In this document: piece after piece, positions 1 to 9,593 of the stretch
Position numbering within the stretch: the stretch's first letter is position 1
Layout of the letters: each line of letters starts with the position of its first letter
Source: Candidatus Kerfeldbacteria bacterium
GTDB taxonomy: Bacteria; Patescibacteriota; Patescibacteriia; UBA10025; JAHIVO01
DNA: 64,000 nt
NCBI GenBank assembly: GCA_016214565.1
Contig: JACROE010000002.1
Location: 664,007-728,006 of the forward strand
Direction: 5' to 3'
Program-made: the position numbers and the translations under genes
Notes under the pieces: generated by a model
The model's database searches: none
Told to the model about the DNA's origin: nothing
The model's input: the letters and a program-made list of their open reading frames with translations, nothing else

Positions 1-162
1 AATATTGCCATTCGCGCGGGTCATCATTGTGCCCAGCCCTTGCATCAGAAATTAGGCCTCGAGGCTACCGCCCGTGCCAGCGTCTATGTGTATAATACGA
101 CTGACGATATTGATGCGCTCATTGTTGGCATCGATAAAGCTTTGAAACTTTTTGGCGTATGA
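1..162 (+). CDS. sufS: Cysteine desulfurase SufS, C-terminal fragment running in from the left edge.
   Basis: Frame 1 reads ...[49 protein letters not shown]. This matches the conserved SufS/CsdA C-terminus (RxGHHCA.PL, RAS, YNT). The TGA stop is at 160-162. Confidence 0.8.
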   Translation, partial: NIAIRAGHHCAQPLHQKLGLEATARASVYVYNTTDDIDALIVGIDKALKLFGV

Positions 163-539
163 CATTCGACATGTATCGAGAAATCATCATAGATCACTCG
201 AAGAACCCGCGTAATTTTGGTACGCTGGATAAACCCGACGGCACTGCATCTGCGGAGAATCCGTCATGTGGTGATAATGTTGATTTGCAGTATCACGTCG
301 ATGCAAAGAAAAAAGTCTTGACCGACATCAAATTTACCGGCACTGGTTGTAGCCTGACCAAAGCAGGCGCCTCGGTACTGACTGAGCAGGTGAAGGGCAA
401 GAGCCTGAAAGACATTGCTGGGTATACTGATGATGCCTTTATTGCTGACTTGGGCGTGCCCGTTACCCCCGCTCGTAAGAAATGTGCTCTGCTCGCTTTA
501 CGAACGCTTCGAGAGCAAGTTATTAAGACAACTCAATAA
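159..539 (+). CDS. sufU: SufU/IscU-like Fe-S cluster scaffold (NifU N-terminal domain).
   Basis: The 126-aa product carries the motifs [23 protein letters not shown] and ARKKCALLA, which are typical of SufU. Its ATGA start overlaps the sufS stop. Confidence 0.85.
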   Translation: MTFDMYREIIIDHSKNPRNFGTLDKPDGTASAENPSCGDNVDLQYHVDAKKKVLTDIKFTGTGCSLTKAGASVLTEQVKGKSLKDIAGYTDDAFIADLGVPVTPARKKCALLALRTLREQVIKTTQ

Positions 540-590
540 AGGTTTTGACCATTCGATAGGAAACTGGTAGAGTGTATACGCTAATCAGTA

Positions 591-1214
591 ATGATTTTTA
601 TTATGCCAGAAAAATATATTACCCCGCAATTGCCCTATGCCTACGATGCGCTCGAACCAAGCATCGATCGTGAGACCATGATGATTCATCATGATAAGCA
701 TCATGTTGCCTACACCACCAAATTAAACGAGGCAGTGGAAAAGCACCCCGCATTATTCGAAAAGAACCCAGTTGACTTACTGCGCGATTTGGCTTCTGTG
801 CCAGAGGACATCCGCCCGGCAGTCCGCAATAACGGTGGCGGGCACGTCAATCACTCGTTGTTCTGGGAAATTATGGGACCGCACGCGGGAGGCGAGCCAA
901 GTGGGATTTTGGCGGAAGCAATCAAAGAAACCTTTGGCTCATTTGCTCAATTTAAAGAGCAATTCGCTGAGGCAGCCAAAACGCAGTTTGGATCAGGTTG
1001 GGCGTGGCTGACGGTTACCGCCGATAAGAAACTCCAGATAGAAAAAACGGCGAATCAAGATACGCCCTTATCCGAAGGCCGCACGCCGATCTTGGCGCTT
1101 GATGTCTGGGAGCACGCGTACTATTTGAAATATCGCAATGTCCGACCGGATTACATTGCTGCTTGGTGGAATGTGGTGAACTGGGAGGCGGTTGCGAAAC
1201 GTTATCAGGCGTAA
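591..1214 (+). CDS. sodA: Fe/Mn superoxide dismutase.
   Basis: Carries the HHDKHHVAY and DVWEHAYY metal-ligand motifs. The true start is probably the ATG at 603 ([19 protein letters not shown]). Confidence 0.9.
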   Translation: MIFIMPEKYITPQLPYAYDALEPSIDRETMMIHHDKHHVAYTTKLNEAVEKHPALFEKNPVDLLRDLASVPEDIRPAVRNNGGGHVNHSLFWEIMGPHAGGEPSGILAEAIKETFGSFAQFKEQFAEAAKTQFGSGWAWLTVTADKKLQIEKTANQDTPLSEGRTPILALDVWEHAYYLKYRNVRPDYIAAWWNVVNWEAVAKRYQA

Positions 1215-1220
1215 ACACGC

Positions 1221-1249
1221 TTGAATTTTTTAGGAAAATGTGGTATACT
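1221..1249 (+). promoter_or_regulatory. Sigma70-type promoter upstream of the ferredoxin gene.
   Basis: TTGAAT at 1221-1226, a 17-nt spacer, then the extended -10 TGgTATACT at 1241-1249. Confidence 0.45.
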
Positions 1250-1287
1250 GCTTAGGTAGTTAAATTTTTTATCGTCTCTATACAAAT

Positions 1288-1497
1288 ATGAAAATTGTTC
1301 TTAAGCGTGATAAATGTATTTCAGCCGCAACCTGTGTGGCAATCGCTCCTGACGTTTTTGAATTAGATGAAGAGGGGAAAGTAAAATTAAAAAATGAGCA
1401 TGGCGCTGATGATCAAACGATCATCGACGCGGCGCGGTCATGTCCGACTCAAGCGATCGAAATCTACGATGACCAAGGCAAGCAATTAGTCCCTTAA
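1288..1497 (+). CDS. Small single-cluster [4Fe-4S] ferredoxin.
   Basis: The 69-aa product has Cys-x5-Cys and a distal CP in the pattern DKCISAATCVAIAPDVFELDEEGKV...SCPTQAI. This resembles Pyrococcus-type ferredoxins. Confidence 0.65.
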   Translation: MKIVLKRDKCISAATCVAIAPDVFELDEEGKVKLKNEHGADDQTIIDAARSCPTQAIEIYDDQGKQLVP

Positions 1498-1515
1498 TCA
1501 GCTGAACGCATTACC

Positions 1516-2202
1516 ATGACAGACGCTGGTATGGAGATATCGCCAACCCCGACCCCTTCATATAAAAAGTGGTTTTTTGTGCTCTTGGGCGTATTTATGT
1601 TAGTCGTAGCGGGCGGCATCTATTTTTATGTATTGATTCAGGACAATGTAACTGATCTGCAGAATGGCAATGTGGATCGGGCGGCGTATCTGGATACTGC
1701 GGATGATCCGGTGGAAGGAAATCCCGATGCCACGATTGTTATTGTTGAGTTCTCTGATTTCCAATGCCCGTTTTGTTTTCAGGCTTTCCCGATCGTACGT
1801 GAATTAATAAATGCATACGGACAAGACGTAAAATTTGTCTATCGTGATTTTCCTATCACTGATTCGCATCCGCAGGCGCAGAAAGCCGCCGAGGCAGGAG
1901 AATGCGCTCATGTCCAGGGGCGTTTTTGGGAAATGCACGACAAGCTGTTTCTCAATCAAAATGACTTGAGCGTACCCTCGCTTAAGCGTTATGCCAATGA
2001 AATTGGGTTGGACACCGAGTTATTCAATCAATGCTTAGACAGCAATGCCTACGCTGATGAGGTGGAGGAGGATTTTGTAGCTGGTCTGGCTGCTGGAGTG
2101 ACGGGAACGCCAACCTTCTTTATCAATGGCCGTCCCTTTACCGGCAGCGTTACCTTTGATCAGTTTGCGGAGATTATTGATCAGTTGAAAGCCATTCAAT
2201 AA
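1516..2202 (+). CDS. DsbA-like thiol:disulfide oxidoreductase with an N-terminal membrane anchor.
   Basis: It has a TM helix near the N-terminus, the CPFC active-site motif and a thioredoxin-fold pattern (FVYRDFPI...HPQAQKAAEA). Confidence 0.8.
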   Translation: MTDAGMEISPTPTPSYKKWFFVLLGVFMLVVAGGIYFYVLIQDNVTDLQNGNVDRAAYLDTADDPVEGNPDATIVIVEFSDFQCPFCFQAFPIVRELINAYGQDVKFVYRDFPITDSHPQAQKAAEAGECAHVQGRFWEMHDKLFLNQNDLSVPSLKRYANEIGLDTELFNQCLDSNAYADEVEEDFVAGLAAGVTGTPTFFINGRPFTGSVTFDQFAEIIDQLKAIQ

Positions 2203-2237
2203 TTATTGGCTGCGGGACAATATGAGCAGGCGAGCCC

Positions 2238-2265
2238 TTGACGGGGATTTGTTTTTTGGTACAAT
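2238..2265 (+). promoter_or_regulatory. Sigma70-type promoter upstream of the second DsbA-like gene.
   Basis: TTGACG at 2238-2243, a 16-nt spacer, then the extended -10 TGgTACAAT. Confidence 0.4.
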
Positions 2266-2298
2266 AGACAAACCTGAATAGTAAATTAATAGCGTTTT

Positions 2299-3072
2299 AT
2301 GCCAACAAATGAAAATCAAAACGGCAGCAACGGCGTTGTCTACCGCACCTCACCCAAGGTGGCTTTTTCGATGGGGATCATGGCCGGTGTGACTCTGGCG
2401 TCTGTAACCGCCTTTGTCATGACCTATGCCTTATTGCAGTCTAATCTTGATGATTCTGGTTCAGCCAGGACTAATACAACCGGAACTGTTGCCGGCGTTG
2501 AAGATACCAATCCGAGTCCGACTGATGCTCCTGCAGCACCGACTGCACCGGTTGACATCACGGTGACTGATCAGGATCATGTTCGTGGCGATAAAAATGC
2601 CCCTGTTACCATCGTTGAATATTCAGATTTTGAGTGCCCATTCTGCGCGCGTCATTTGCCAACAGTTGAAAAAATCATGCAAGAATATGATGGTCAGGTT
2701 CGATTAATCTATCGTCATTTCCCCTTATCGTTCCATCCTCAAGCGCAAAAAGCCGCTGAGGCGTCTGAGTGCGCTTCTGAGCAGGGAAAATTCTGGGAGA
2801 TGCATGATAAATTGTTTGCCATGAATGAAGCGGGCACCTTGAGCCTGGAGAACTTCAAGAAAGCAGCCGGCGAACTCGGCTTGAAGCAAGCCCAATTTGA
2901 CAGCTGTCTCAATGATGGGAAATACGCCGATCGCGTCCAGTCCGATTTCAGTCAGGGATCTCAGTATGGCGTGAATGGTACACCAGCCACTTTTGTTAAT
3001 GGTAAGCTGGTTTCCGGTGCCGTACCGTTTGAAAGTTTTAAAACAGTTATTGATCAGGCTTTAGCCGATTAA
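2299..3072 (+). CDS. Second DsbA-like thiol:disulfide oxidoreductase, a paralogue of the 1516 gene.
   Basis: It has a TM anchor, a Thr/Pro-rich linker and the CPFC motif. The C-terminal thioredoxin domain is collinear with the upstream paralogue. Confidence 0.8.
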   Translation: MPTNENQNGSNGVVYRTSPKVAFSMGIMAGVTLASVTAFVMTYALLQSNLDDSGSARTNTTGTVAGVEDTNPSPTDAPAAPTAPVDITVTDQDHVRGDKNAPVTIVEYSDFECPFCARHLPTVEKIMQEYDGQVRLIYRHFPLSFHPQAQKAAEASECASEQGKFWEMHDKLFAMNEAGTLSLENFKKAAGELGLKQAQFDSCLNDGKYADRVQSDFSQGSQYGVNGTPATFVNGKLVSGAVPFESFKTVIDQALAD

Positions 3073-3086
3073 TCGAGAAATACCCT

Positions 3087-3893
3087 ATGGGGTGGCTTCA
3101 TACGTGGCACCCTTCCCCAATAGCATTTTCTACCAGCTCACTATCCGTGAGCTGGTATGGTTTAGTGCTTGTTGCCGGGGTTGTAGTTGGATTATTACTT
3201 GTGCGGCGGCTGTGGCGGCGTGCGGGAATAGCTCTGGATCATCTGTATGGCATCGTCACCTGGTTGATTATCGGTGGGTTAATCGGCGGCAGGATCGGAC
3301 ACGTGATTGGCGAGTGGGATTACTACAGCGGGCACCTGTCGGAATTATTCTCTATCTGGCACGGCGGATTGGCGATTCAGGGGATCCTGATCGTTGGCTT
3401 GATCATATTGTGGGTGTATACGCGCCGCCAGCGCTTGAGCTTTTGGCAGGTCACTGATTTATTTGTGGTCGTGGTTCCGCTGGTGCAGGCGATCGGCCGC
3501 TGGGGGAATTATTTCAATCAAGAGTTATTTGGGAAGCCGGCCAGCGTCCCGTGGGCCATCCCCATTGATGCGGCGCACCGGCCGGTCGAGTACGCCTCGG
3601 TGGTGTATTTCCACCCTCTATTTCTCTACGAATCATTATTGATGCTGGAGTTATTCATCGTCCTATTTGTGTTATATCGTAAACAAGCGCTGCGTACGGG
3701 GGAATATACGTTGCTGTATTTCATGCTATTTCCCGTGGTTCGGTTCTCGCTGGATTTCCTGAGGATTGATATGTTGGCCGTCGGCCCATTATTATTGTCT
3801 CAGTGGATTAGCATTGCATTTATTATTGGTGCGGGATGGTTATGGTGGCACATTCGACAGCGTCAGACACCATCAGGGGCATCAGAAAGGTAA
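3087..3893 (+). CDS. lgt: Prolipoprotein diacylglyceryl transferase.
   Basis: A polytopic membrane protein carrying the Lgt signature GRWGNYFNQELFGKP and HGGLAIQG. Confidence 0.8.
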   Translation: MGWLHTWHPSPIAFSTSSLSVSWYGLVLVAGVVVGLLLVRRLWRRAGIALDHLYGIVTWLIIGGLIGGRIGHVIGEWDYYSGHLSELFSIWHGGLAIQGILIVGLIILWVYTRRQRLSFWQVTDLFVVVVPLVQAIGRWGNYFNQELFGKPASVPWAIPIDAAHRPVEYASVVYFHPLFLYESLLMLELFIVLFVLYRKQALRTGEYTLLYFMLFPVVRFSLDFLRIDMLAVGPLLLSQWISIAFIIGAGWLWWHIRQRQTPSGASER

Positions 3894-3896
3894 TAC

Positions 3897-3925
3897 TTGA
3901 CCAATCGGGCCATATCCATTACAAT
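3897..3925 (+). promoter_or_regulatory. Promoter for the tRNA cluster.
   Basis: TTGACC at 3897-3902, a 17-nt spacer, TACAAT at 3920-3925. An 8-bp hairpin (CCAACCAC...GTGGTTGG) follows it. Confidence 0.4.
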
Positions 3926-3968
3926 GCCAACCACATCAGCTTTGTGGTTGGTGGATTCATTGACTTAT

Positions 3969-4043
3969 CGCGGGGTGGAGAAGTAGAATCTCGCCGGGCT
4001 CATAATCCGGAGATCGCGGGTGCAATTCCCGCCCCCGCAACCA
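3969..4043 (+). tRNA. Initiator tRNA-fMet (anticodon CAU).
   Basis: CGCGGGGTGGAG...GGGCTCATAATCC...CCCCGCAACCA. It shows the C1xA72 mismatch and G-C pairs in the anticodon stem. It is collinear with the bacterial initiator tRNA, and CCA is encoded. Confidence 0.8.
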
Positions 4044-4127
4044 ACTCGTTTTTGCTCTGGGCTTGGTCTCCGAATGTATTCGAAGACGGCGCTCACGGCA
4101 AAGAAGCCTCGTCTATTTATATTACGT

Positions 4128-4204
4128 GGCAGGGTAGCTCAGCTGGTTAGAGCGGAGGACTCATAAGCCTCAGGTCGTGGGTTCGATTCCCACCCCTGCT
4201 ACCA
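4128..4204 (+). tRNA. tRNA-Met, elongator or Ile2-type (anticodon CAU).
   Basis: GGCAGGGTAGCTCAGCTGGTTAGAGC...ACTCATAAG...GGTTCGATTCC...ACCA folds into a cloverleaf. It has no initiator features. Confidence 0.8.
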
Positions 4205-4301
4205 CGCCTTCTCGCAGGCTTTTCCTAATCCGTCAGGGATGGATGAGGGTTATTGAGTATGACACAATTACGCCCCGCGAAGCGAAGGGGAATAATTACT
4301 A

Positions 4302-4316
4302 TGGTGCCGCTGGTCG
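4302..4316. repeat. A 15-bp direct copy of the 3' end of tRNA-Leu (tggtgccgctggtcg), 134 bp downstream of the gene.
   Basis: It is identical to 4451-4465. This is the pattern expected at an attL/attR left by an element integrated at a tRNA 3' end. Confidence 0.5.
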
Positions 4317-4450
4317 TCCCGCACCACCTCGTTGCACTTCGGGTGCGGGATCTTCGAGAGTTTCACACTAGTATTGAAATGCCGAGAGGGACCCCGCATA
4401 AACCTCACTTCGTTCGGTTCTACGGGGCAAGGAATCTCACAATCTTTTTT

Positions 4451-4536
4451 TGGTGCCGCTGGTCGGAGTCGAACCGACATGGGATTGCTCCCACACGATT
4501 TTGAGTCGTGCGTGTCTGCCATTTCACCACAGCGGC
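4451..4536 (-). tRNA. tRNA-Leu (anticodon CAA), type II with a long variable arm.
   Basis: Reverse complement: GCCGCTGTGGTGAAATGGCAGAC...CTCAAAA...TGGGAGCAATCCCAT...GGTTCGACTCCGACCAGCGGCACCA. Confidence 0.85.
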
Positions 4537-4635
4537 GGAAATTTTGTTGTACTGACAAAAGTCGTTGAGTGAGACCCATTGTACGGAAAAATGCTGTTTA
4601 TGTCAATGATTTTCTGGTATAATGAGAGCACTGAT

Positions 4636-5412
<777 letters not shown>

Positions 5413-5433
5413 GGGTGTTTATTAAATATCATT

Positions 5434-6279
5434 ATGACCAGCACAACATTAGGACGAGGATTAAGTTCTCTCATACCGCCCATGCCGGGCCAGTCGGGCA
5501 GCGCGGGCGGTGAACAAGTACTGCAAATTCCCATTGATCAGATCAAGCCGAACCCGCAGCAGCCGCGCCATCAATTTGATCATGATGCGCTGGATGATTT
5601 GATCCAGTCGATTAAGACGCACGGCATCATTCAACCGTTAGTGGTTATTCGGGTGGGATCCGGGTATCAATTGATTGCCGGTGAACGCCGTTTGCGCGCC
5701 GCAAAAATGCTGGACAAACAAAAGGTACCGGCTGTCGTTCGCTCTGCTTCCGAACAACAACAATTAGAATTGGCGCTGGTGGAAAATGTACAACGCCAGA
5801 ATCTTAACCCGATTGATAAAGCGATCGGCTATCAGCGGTTGATTGACGAATTTAGCATGACCCAGGAAGCCGTAGCCAAACAGGTGGGCCAGAGCCGTGC
5901 AGCGGTGGCTAACGCCGTTCGGTTGTTAGCGTTGCCTCAGCCGATGCGTGATGCGCTGGCCGATGGGCGATTGACGGAGGGGCACGCCAAGGTACTCCTG
6001 AGCGTCAAAACCGATACTGAGCGTGAGCGGATATTTCAGGACATTCTACAGAATAAATTGACTGTCCGCGGGGCGGAAACGCACGTTCGCACCACTACGG
6101 TGCATGGCCATACACGGCGCGCGCAAACCGACCCGAATTTGAAAGCGAGCGAAGAGGCGCTGGAGGAAAAATTGGGCACCAAGGTTCAGCTGAAGCGTAC
6201 CGGTTCCAGTGGCACGATCACTATTCATTTTTATTCACGAGAAGAGCTTGATCAGATAATTCGCACGATTACCTCGTAA
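5434..6279 (+). CDS. parB: Partition protein ParB/Spo0J.
   Basis: Carries the ParB box LIAGERRLRAAK and an HTH region. It lies directly downstream of parA. Confidence 0.85.
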   Translation: MTSTTLGRGLSSLIPPMPGQSGSAGGEQVLQIPIDQIKPNPQQPRHQFDHDALDDLIQSIKTHGIIQPLVVIRVGSGYQLIAGERRLRAAKMLDKQKVPAVVRSASEQQQLELALVENVQRQNLNPIDKAIGYQRLIDEFSMTQEAVAKQVGQSRAAVANAVRLLALPQPMRDALADGRLTEGHAKVLLSVKTDTERERIFQDILQNKLTVRGAETHVRTTTVHGHTRRAQTDPNLKASEEALEEKLGTKVQLKRTGSSGTITIHFYSREELDQIIRTITS

Positions 6280-6283
6280 CCAT

Positions 6284-8581
6284 ATGTGGTTCTCTCATTG
6301 GTTGCAGTCTATCCACGACTGGTTCCGACCGGAACCTCGTGAGATACGGTATGTCCGAGGCATCCTCTATGTATTGCTTGGGCTGACACCGATTATTTTC
6401 ATTCCTGGCACGCCATCAATCGTTGAATTGCATAAGGCATTCGTCGTGGTCTGCCTGGCACTGGTAGCCGCCGGTATCTATGGCTGGAGCGTCCTACGTC
6501 ACCATTTAGTGGTGGTAATGCCGCGAATCGTTCAGTGGTTATTGTTGGCTCTGGTTGGGTTTACCGTGTTGTCGTTTGTCCTGGCTCGAAGTCATGCTGT
6601 GGCGCTCACCGGCATCGGTGATATGTACCATAGTGGCGCAGTGCTCTGGTTAGCCTACGTACTGGTGGCGTATTGTTTGGTTTGTGTTCTTCATACGCCC
6701 AGACAGCTGTGGATTACGCTCGGTGCGCTCGTTGGAGGAACGTTCGTTGGGTTGCTTGTCGCCTCCCTGCAATCATTTGAAATATTTATTTTCCCCTGGG
6801 AAAGCACTCAGTATGCGTTATTTTCTCCGCTTGCTAATACTCGCGGCATTGTTTCATTATTGGCGGCGATCATCGCTCTGGGAGCCGGGGGTTTATCTAG
6901 TGCCGTTGCTCGGTCCTGGCGTCTAACGCTGGTAGGTATCAGTGGTGTGGCCGCATTGATTTGGTTTCGTCTGTATCAGCCTGAAACCGCGGTATTGCTG
7001 GGCGCGGGAGCGATCGCTGTCGGTATGGCTCGCGATTGGCACACCCGGCTTACCTGGAAATCAGCGCCGGTGATTCCGGCCATACTCGTTTTGGTAGCGC
7101 TGGGTGCAGGTTTGCTCTATCAGTCCGGCATGCTTACCTATGTCGATTCAGGTAGAGTGGCGCTCGAAACGCCGACCGCATTTGTTTTGGCCCGTGATCG
7201 ATTGATCCAATCGCCCTTCTGGGGAGCGGGACCGAATAATTTCTATTTTGATTTTACGTTACATCGTCCCATAGCTTTTAATGACACGGCGGTTTGGACT
7301 GCGCGATTTGTAAAAACGACCACTGAGTGGCTTGGATTAGCGCATCAATATGGTTTGGGGATGGTATTCGTTTTCATTGGCATTATTGTCTATACCATAC
7401 ACCTCTCATGGCGTGAACGAATACATTCGTTTGCTGGGCATGTTGACTATGCTCGACGGCTGCCGTTGCTGGTGCTTGTTTTATGGTTGATGGTAACGGC
7501 ATATGGGCTGTTTGCTAACGGTTCAGTACTGTATTGGGTATGGTGGTGGGTACTCTGGGCAGCCTGGTGGGTCAGTATGCGGATTGGCATCAATCATCAG
7601 CCGGTAAAGACTATTCATGTGCAATCAAGTAAACCATGGCTCGCCCCGCTTATCTTTGCTGTTGGTTCAGCAGTCGCACTCTTTGGGGTCTATGGCGCAG
7701 TGCGCGTGTGGACCGCAGATATGTATTTTGCGCGCGCCAACCATGAATTAGCGACGCAGGGATCGTTTGATGACATTACCGATTCTGTTAATCATGCGCT
7801 AAAGCTTAATCCCTCTAAACTCGCGTATTACCAGATGAAAGCCGCAGGCTACGCCGAGCGCGCTCAGACCACTGCTGCTCGTGATGGCGTGACCGAGGCG
7901 GTGCAGCACGATGTGCAGGTGGTGATGGATACGCTATCTCAGGGTCAGCGCCATTTGGCGCGCGATCCGGCATACTATGAAATGACGACGGGGATCTATG
8001 ATTCTTTGCGCGGCATTGTTGGCAATGTCGACCAATTGTCAGAACGAGCCTTCAGTCGGGCAGTTGAGCTTGATCCGTATAATCCGCTGGTCAGGCTGAA
8101 TATTGGCCGCGCTTTACTCTTGCATGCCCAGCGACTTATTGAGGTTGGTGAGCCGGTTGATTCAGTCAATCAATTAATTGATCAGGCAATAAGTGATTTT
8201 AATACCGCCAAATCATTGAAGCAGGACTTTGTTGCCCCAGAGTATAATATTGCCATTGCGTGTCAAATGCGTGGCGATAGCGCTGCTGCCCGCGCACATT
8301 TAGAGGAGGCGGTGGCGTCGCATCCGGATGATTATGATTTGCAATACGCGCTGGCCGGTCTGTATACAGACGCAGGGGATTACGATCGCGCATTAAGTCT
8401 GTATGATGGGATTATTGATGTCGTACCAAATCATACCGGCGTATTTTGGCAGCGTTCCATTATTTATGAGGCTCAGGATAACGTACCCGAGGCGATTAAG
8501 GAGATTGAAAAACTGTTAGCCATTGAACCGGATTACACGCCAGCTCAAGAGCGACTCGAGACGCTTCAGCAGGAAGAATAG
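6284..8581 (+). CDS. Polytopic membrane protein, O-antigen-ligase-like, with C-terminal TPR repeats.
   Basis: About 12 TM helices fill the first ~450 aa. The C-terminal 300 aa carries TPR-like repeats (AAARAHLEEAVASHPDDYDLQYALAGLYTDAGDYDRAL). Confidence 0.55.
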   Translation: MWFSHWLQSIHDWFRPEPREIRYVRGILYVLLGLTPIIFIPGTPSIVELHKAFVVVCLALVAAGIYGWSVLRHHLVVVMPRIVQWLLLALVGFTVLSFVLARSHAVALTGIGDMYHSGAVLWLAYVLVAYCLVCVLHTPRQLWITLGALVGGTFVGLLVASLQSFEIFIFPWESTQYALFSPLANTRGIVSLLAAIIALGAGGLSSAVARSWRLTLVGISGVAALIWFRLYQPETAVLLGAGAIAVGMARDWHTRLTWKSAPVIPAILVLVALGAGLLYQSGMLTYVDSGRVALETPTAFVLARDRLIQSPFWGAGPNNFYFDFTLHRPIAFNDTAVWTARFVKTTTEWLGLAHQYGLGMVFVFIGIIVYTIHLSWRERIHSFAGHVDYARRLPLLVLVLWLMVTAYGLFANGSVLYWVWWWVLWAAWWVSMRIGINHQPVKTIHVQSSKPWLAPLIFAVGSAVALFGVYGAVRVWTADMYFARANHELATQGSFDDITDSVNHALKLNPSKLAYYQMKAAGYAERAQTTAARDGVTEAVQHDVQVVMDTLSQGQRHLARDPAYYEMTTGIYDSLRGIVGNVDQLSERAFSRAVELDPYNPLVRLNIGRALLLHAQRLIEVGEPVDSVNQLIDQAISDFNTAKSLKQDFVAPEYNIAIACQMRGDSAAARAHLEEAVASHPDDYDLQYALAGLYTDAGDYDRALSLYDGIIDVVPNHTGVFWQRSIIYEAQDNVPEAIKEIEKLLAIEPDYTPAQERLETLQQEE

Positions 8582-8630
8582 CACGTAGCAAAAAGCCGCC
8601 GTACGTTATTTGTCGTCGGGTTATTGATTA

Positions 8631-9584
8631 TTACTCGGCAGGGATATTCAGTTTGACGCGTAATTGTTTTATCATGTCTGCCACCATCGTCTCCAAGGTG
8701 AAGTGCGGTTGCCAACCCCAGTCGTGGCGTGCCAGGGAGTCATCGATTGAGCGTGGCCATGAGTCAGCGATGGCTTGGTGGAAGTCTGGCGCGTAGGTCA
8801 CCGCAAAACCGGGAATATGTTTTTTAATTTCCGTGACCAGTTCAGCGGGTGTGAAACTAAAACCAGAAATATTATAACTCATATGGGTGGAGAGTGCCGC
8901 GGCATCAGCCTCCATCAGGTCAATCGTTCCTTTGATTGCGTCATCCATGTAGAGCATAGGCAGGGCGCTGTCGGCACGCAGAAAACAGCTAAACGGTTCT
9001 TTTTTAAGTGCAGCATAAAACATGGCAATTGAGTATTCCGTGGTGCCATCGGCTGGTGGAGCAGCATGGCTGATCAGGCCAGGGTACCGAACGCTGCGAA
9101 CATCCACATTAAATTTTTTGTAATAATAGTTACACAGCAGTTCACCTGAAACTTTTGCTACGCCGTAGAGTGTACTCGGCTCCAGTATAGTTGATTGAGG
9201 TGTGTGGTCATGGGGGGTATTTGGGCCAAATGCCGCGATTGAGCTCGGCCAAAAGATGCGTTTAATTTTTAGTTCTCGAGCAAGATCCAAAATATTTTTG
9301 AGGCTCGAGAAATTGACTTCCCAGGCAAGGTCAGGATTTTTTTCACTGGCAGCTGAGAGCATACCGGCTAGGTGGTAGATGGTATCGATCTGGTGTTTTT
9401 GCAGAATAGCGCGTATGGCATCTTGGTTCGTTATATCAAGCGTTTCGGTGGCACAGGGAGAGGCAACCGCAGTGGTTTTGTGAATGGTGATCACAATATT
9501 TTCCGCACCATATTTATGAATCAGCGCCGGGAGAAGTGCGGAGCCGACTTGTCCGGCTGAACCAGTTATGAGGATTTTTGGCAT
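8631..9584 (-). CDS. NAD-dependent epimerase/dehydratase-family protein, L-threonine-dehydrogenase-like SDR.
   Basis: N-terminal Rossmann motif ILITGSAGQVGSAL. The length and the YxxxK context fit extended SDRs. Confidence 0.6.
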   Translation of the reverse strand: MPKILITGSAGQVGSALLPALIHKYGAENIVITIHKTTAVASPCATETLDITNQDAIRAILQKHQIDTIYHLAGMLSAASEKNPDLAWEVNFSSLKNILDLARELKIKRIFWPSSIAAFGPNTPHDHTPQSTILEPSTLYGVAKVSGELLCNYYYKKFNVDVRSVRYPGLISHAAPPADGTTEYSIAMFYAALKKEPFSCFLRADSALPMLYMDDAIKGTIDLMEADAAALSTHMSYNISGFSFTPAELVTEIKKHIPGFAVTYAPDFHQAIADSWPRSIDDSLARHDWGWQPHFTLETMVADMIKQLRVKLNIPAE

Positions 9585-9593
9585 AGAAAATAT

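Noticed and set aside
772-1011. A 79-aa plus-strand ORF inside sodA in another frame.
   Set aside because: It is fully embedded in a strongly supported SodA reading frame. It has no RBS or start context.
4205-4450. Possible tmRNA or fourth tRNA between tRNA-Met and tRNA-Leu. The 9-bp hairpin CCCGCACC/GGTGCGGG is next to a tRNA-like 3' end.
   Set aside because: The stem and loop sizes (9 bp, 16 nt) do not fit a T-arm. There is no tmRNA tag-reading frame or 5' acceptor partner. It is better explained as a duplicated tRNA-Leu 3' end plus hairpins.
3836-4579. Track ORFs 3836-4150, 4177-4371, 4253-4504, 4268-4579 and 4332-4568 across the tRNA locus.
   Set aside because: They overlap three well-folded tRNA genes and each other. 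Their products are low-complexity, Arg-rich translations of tRNA sequence.
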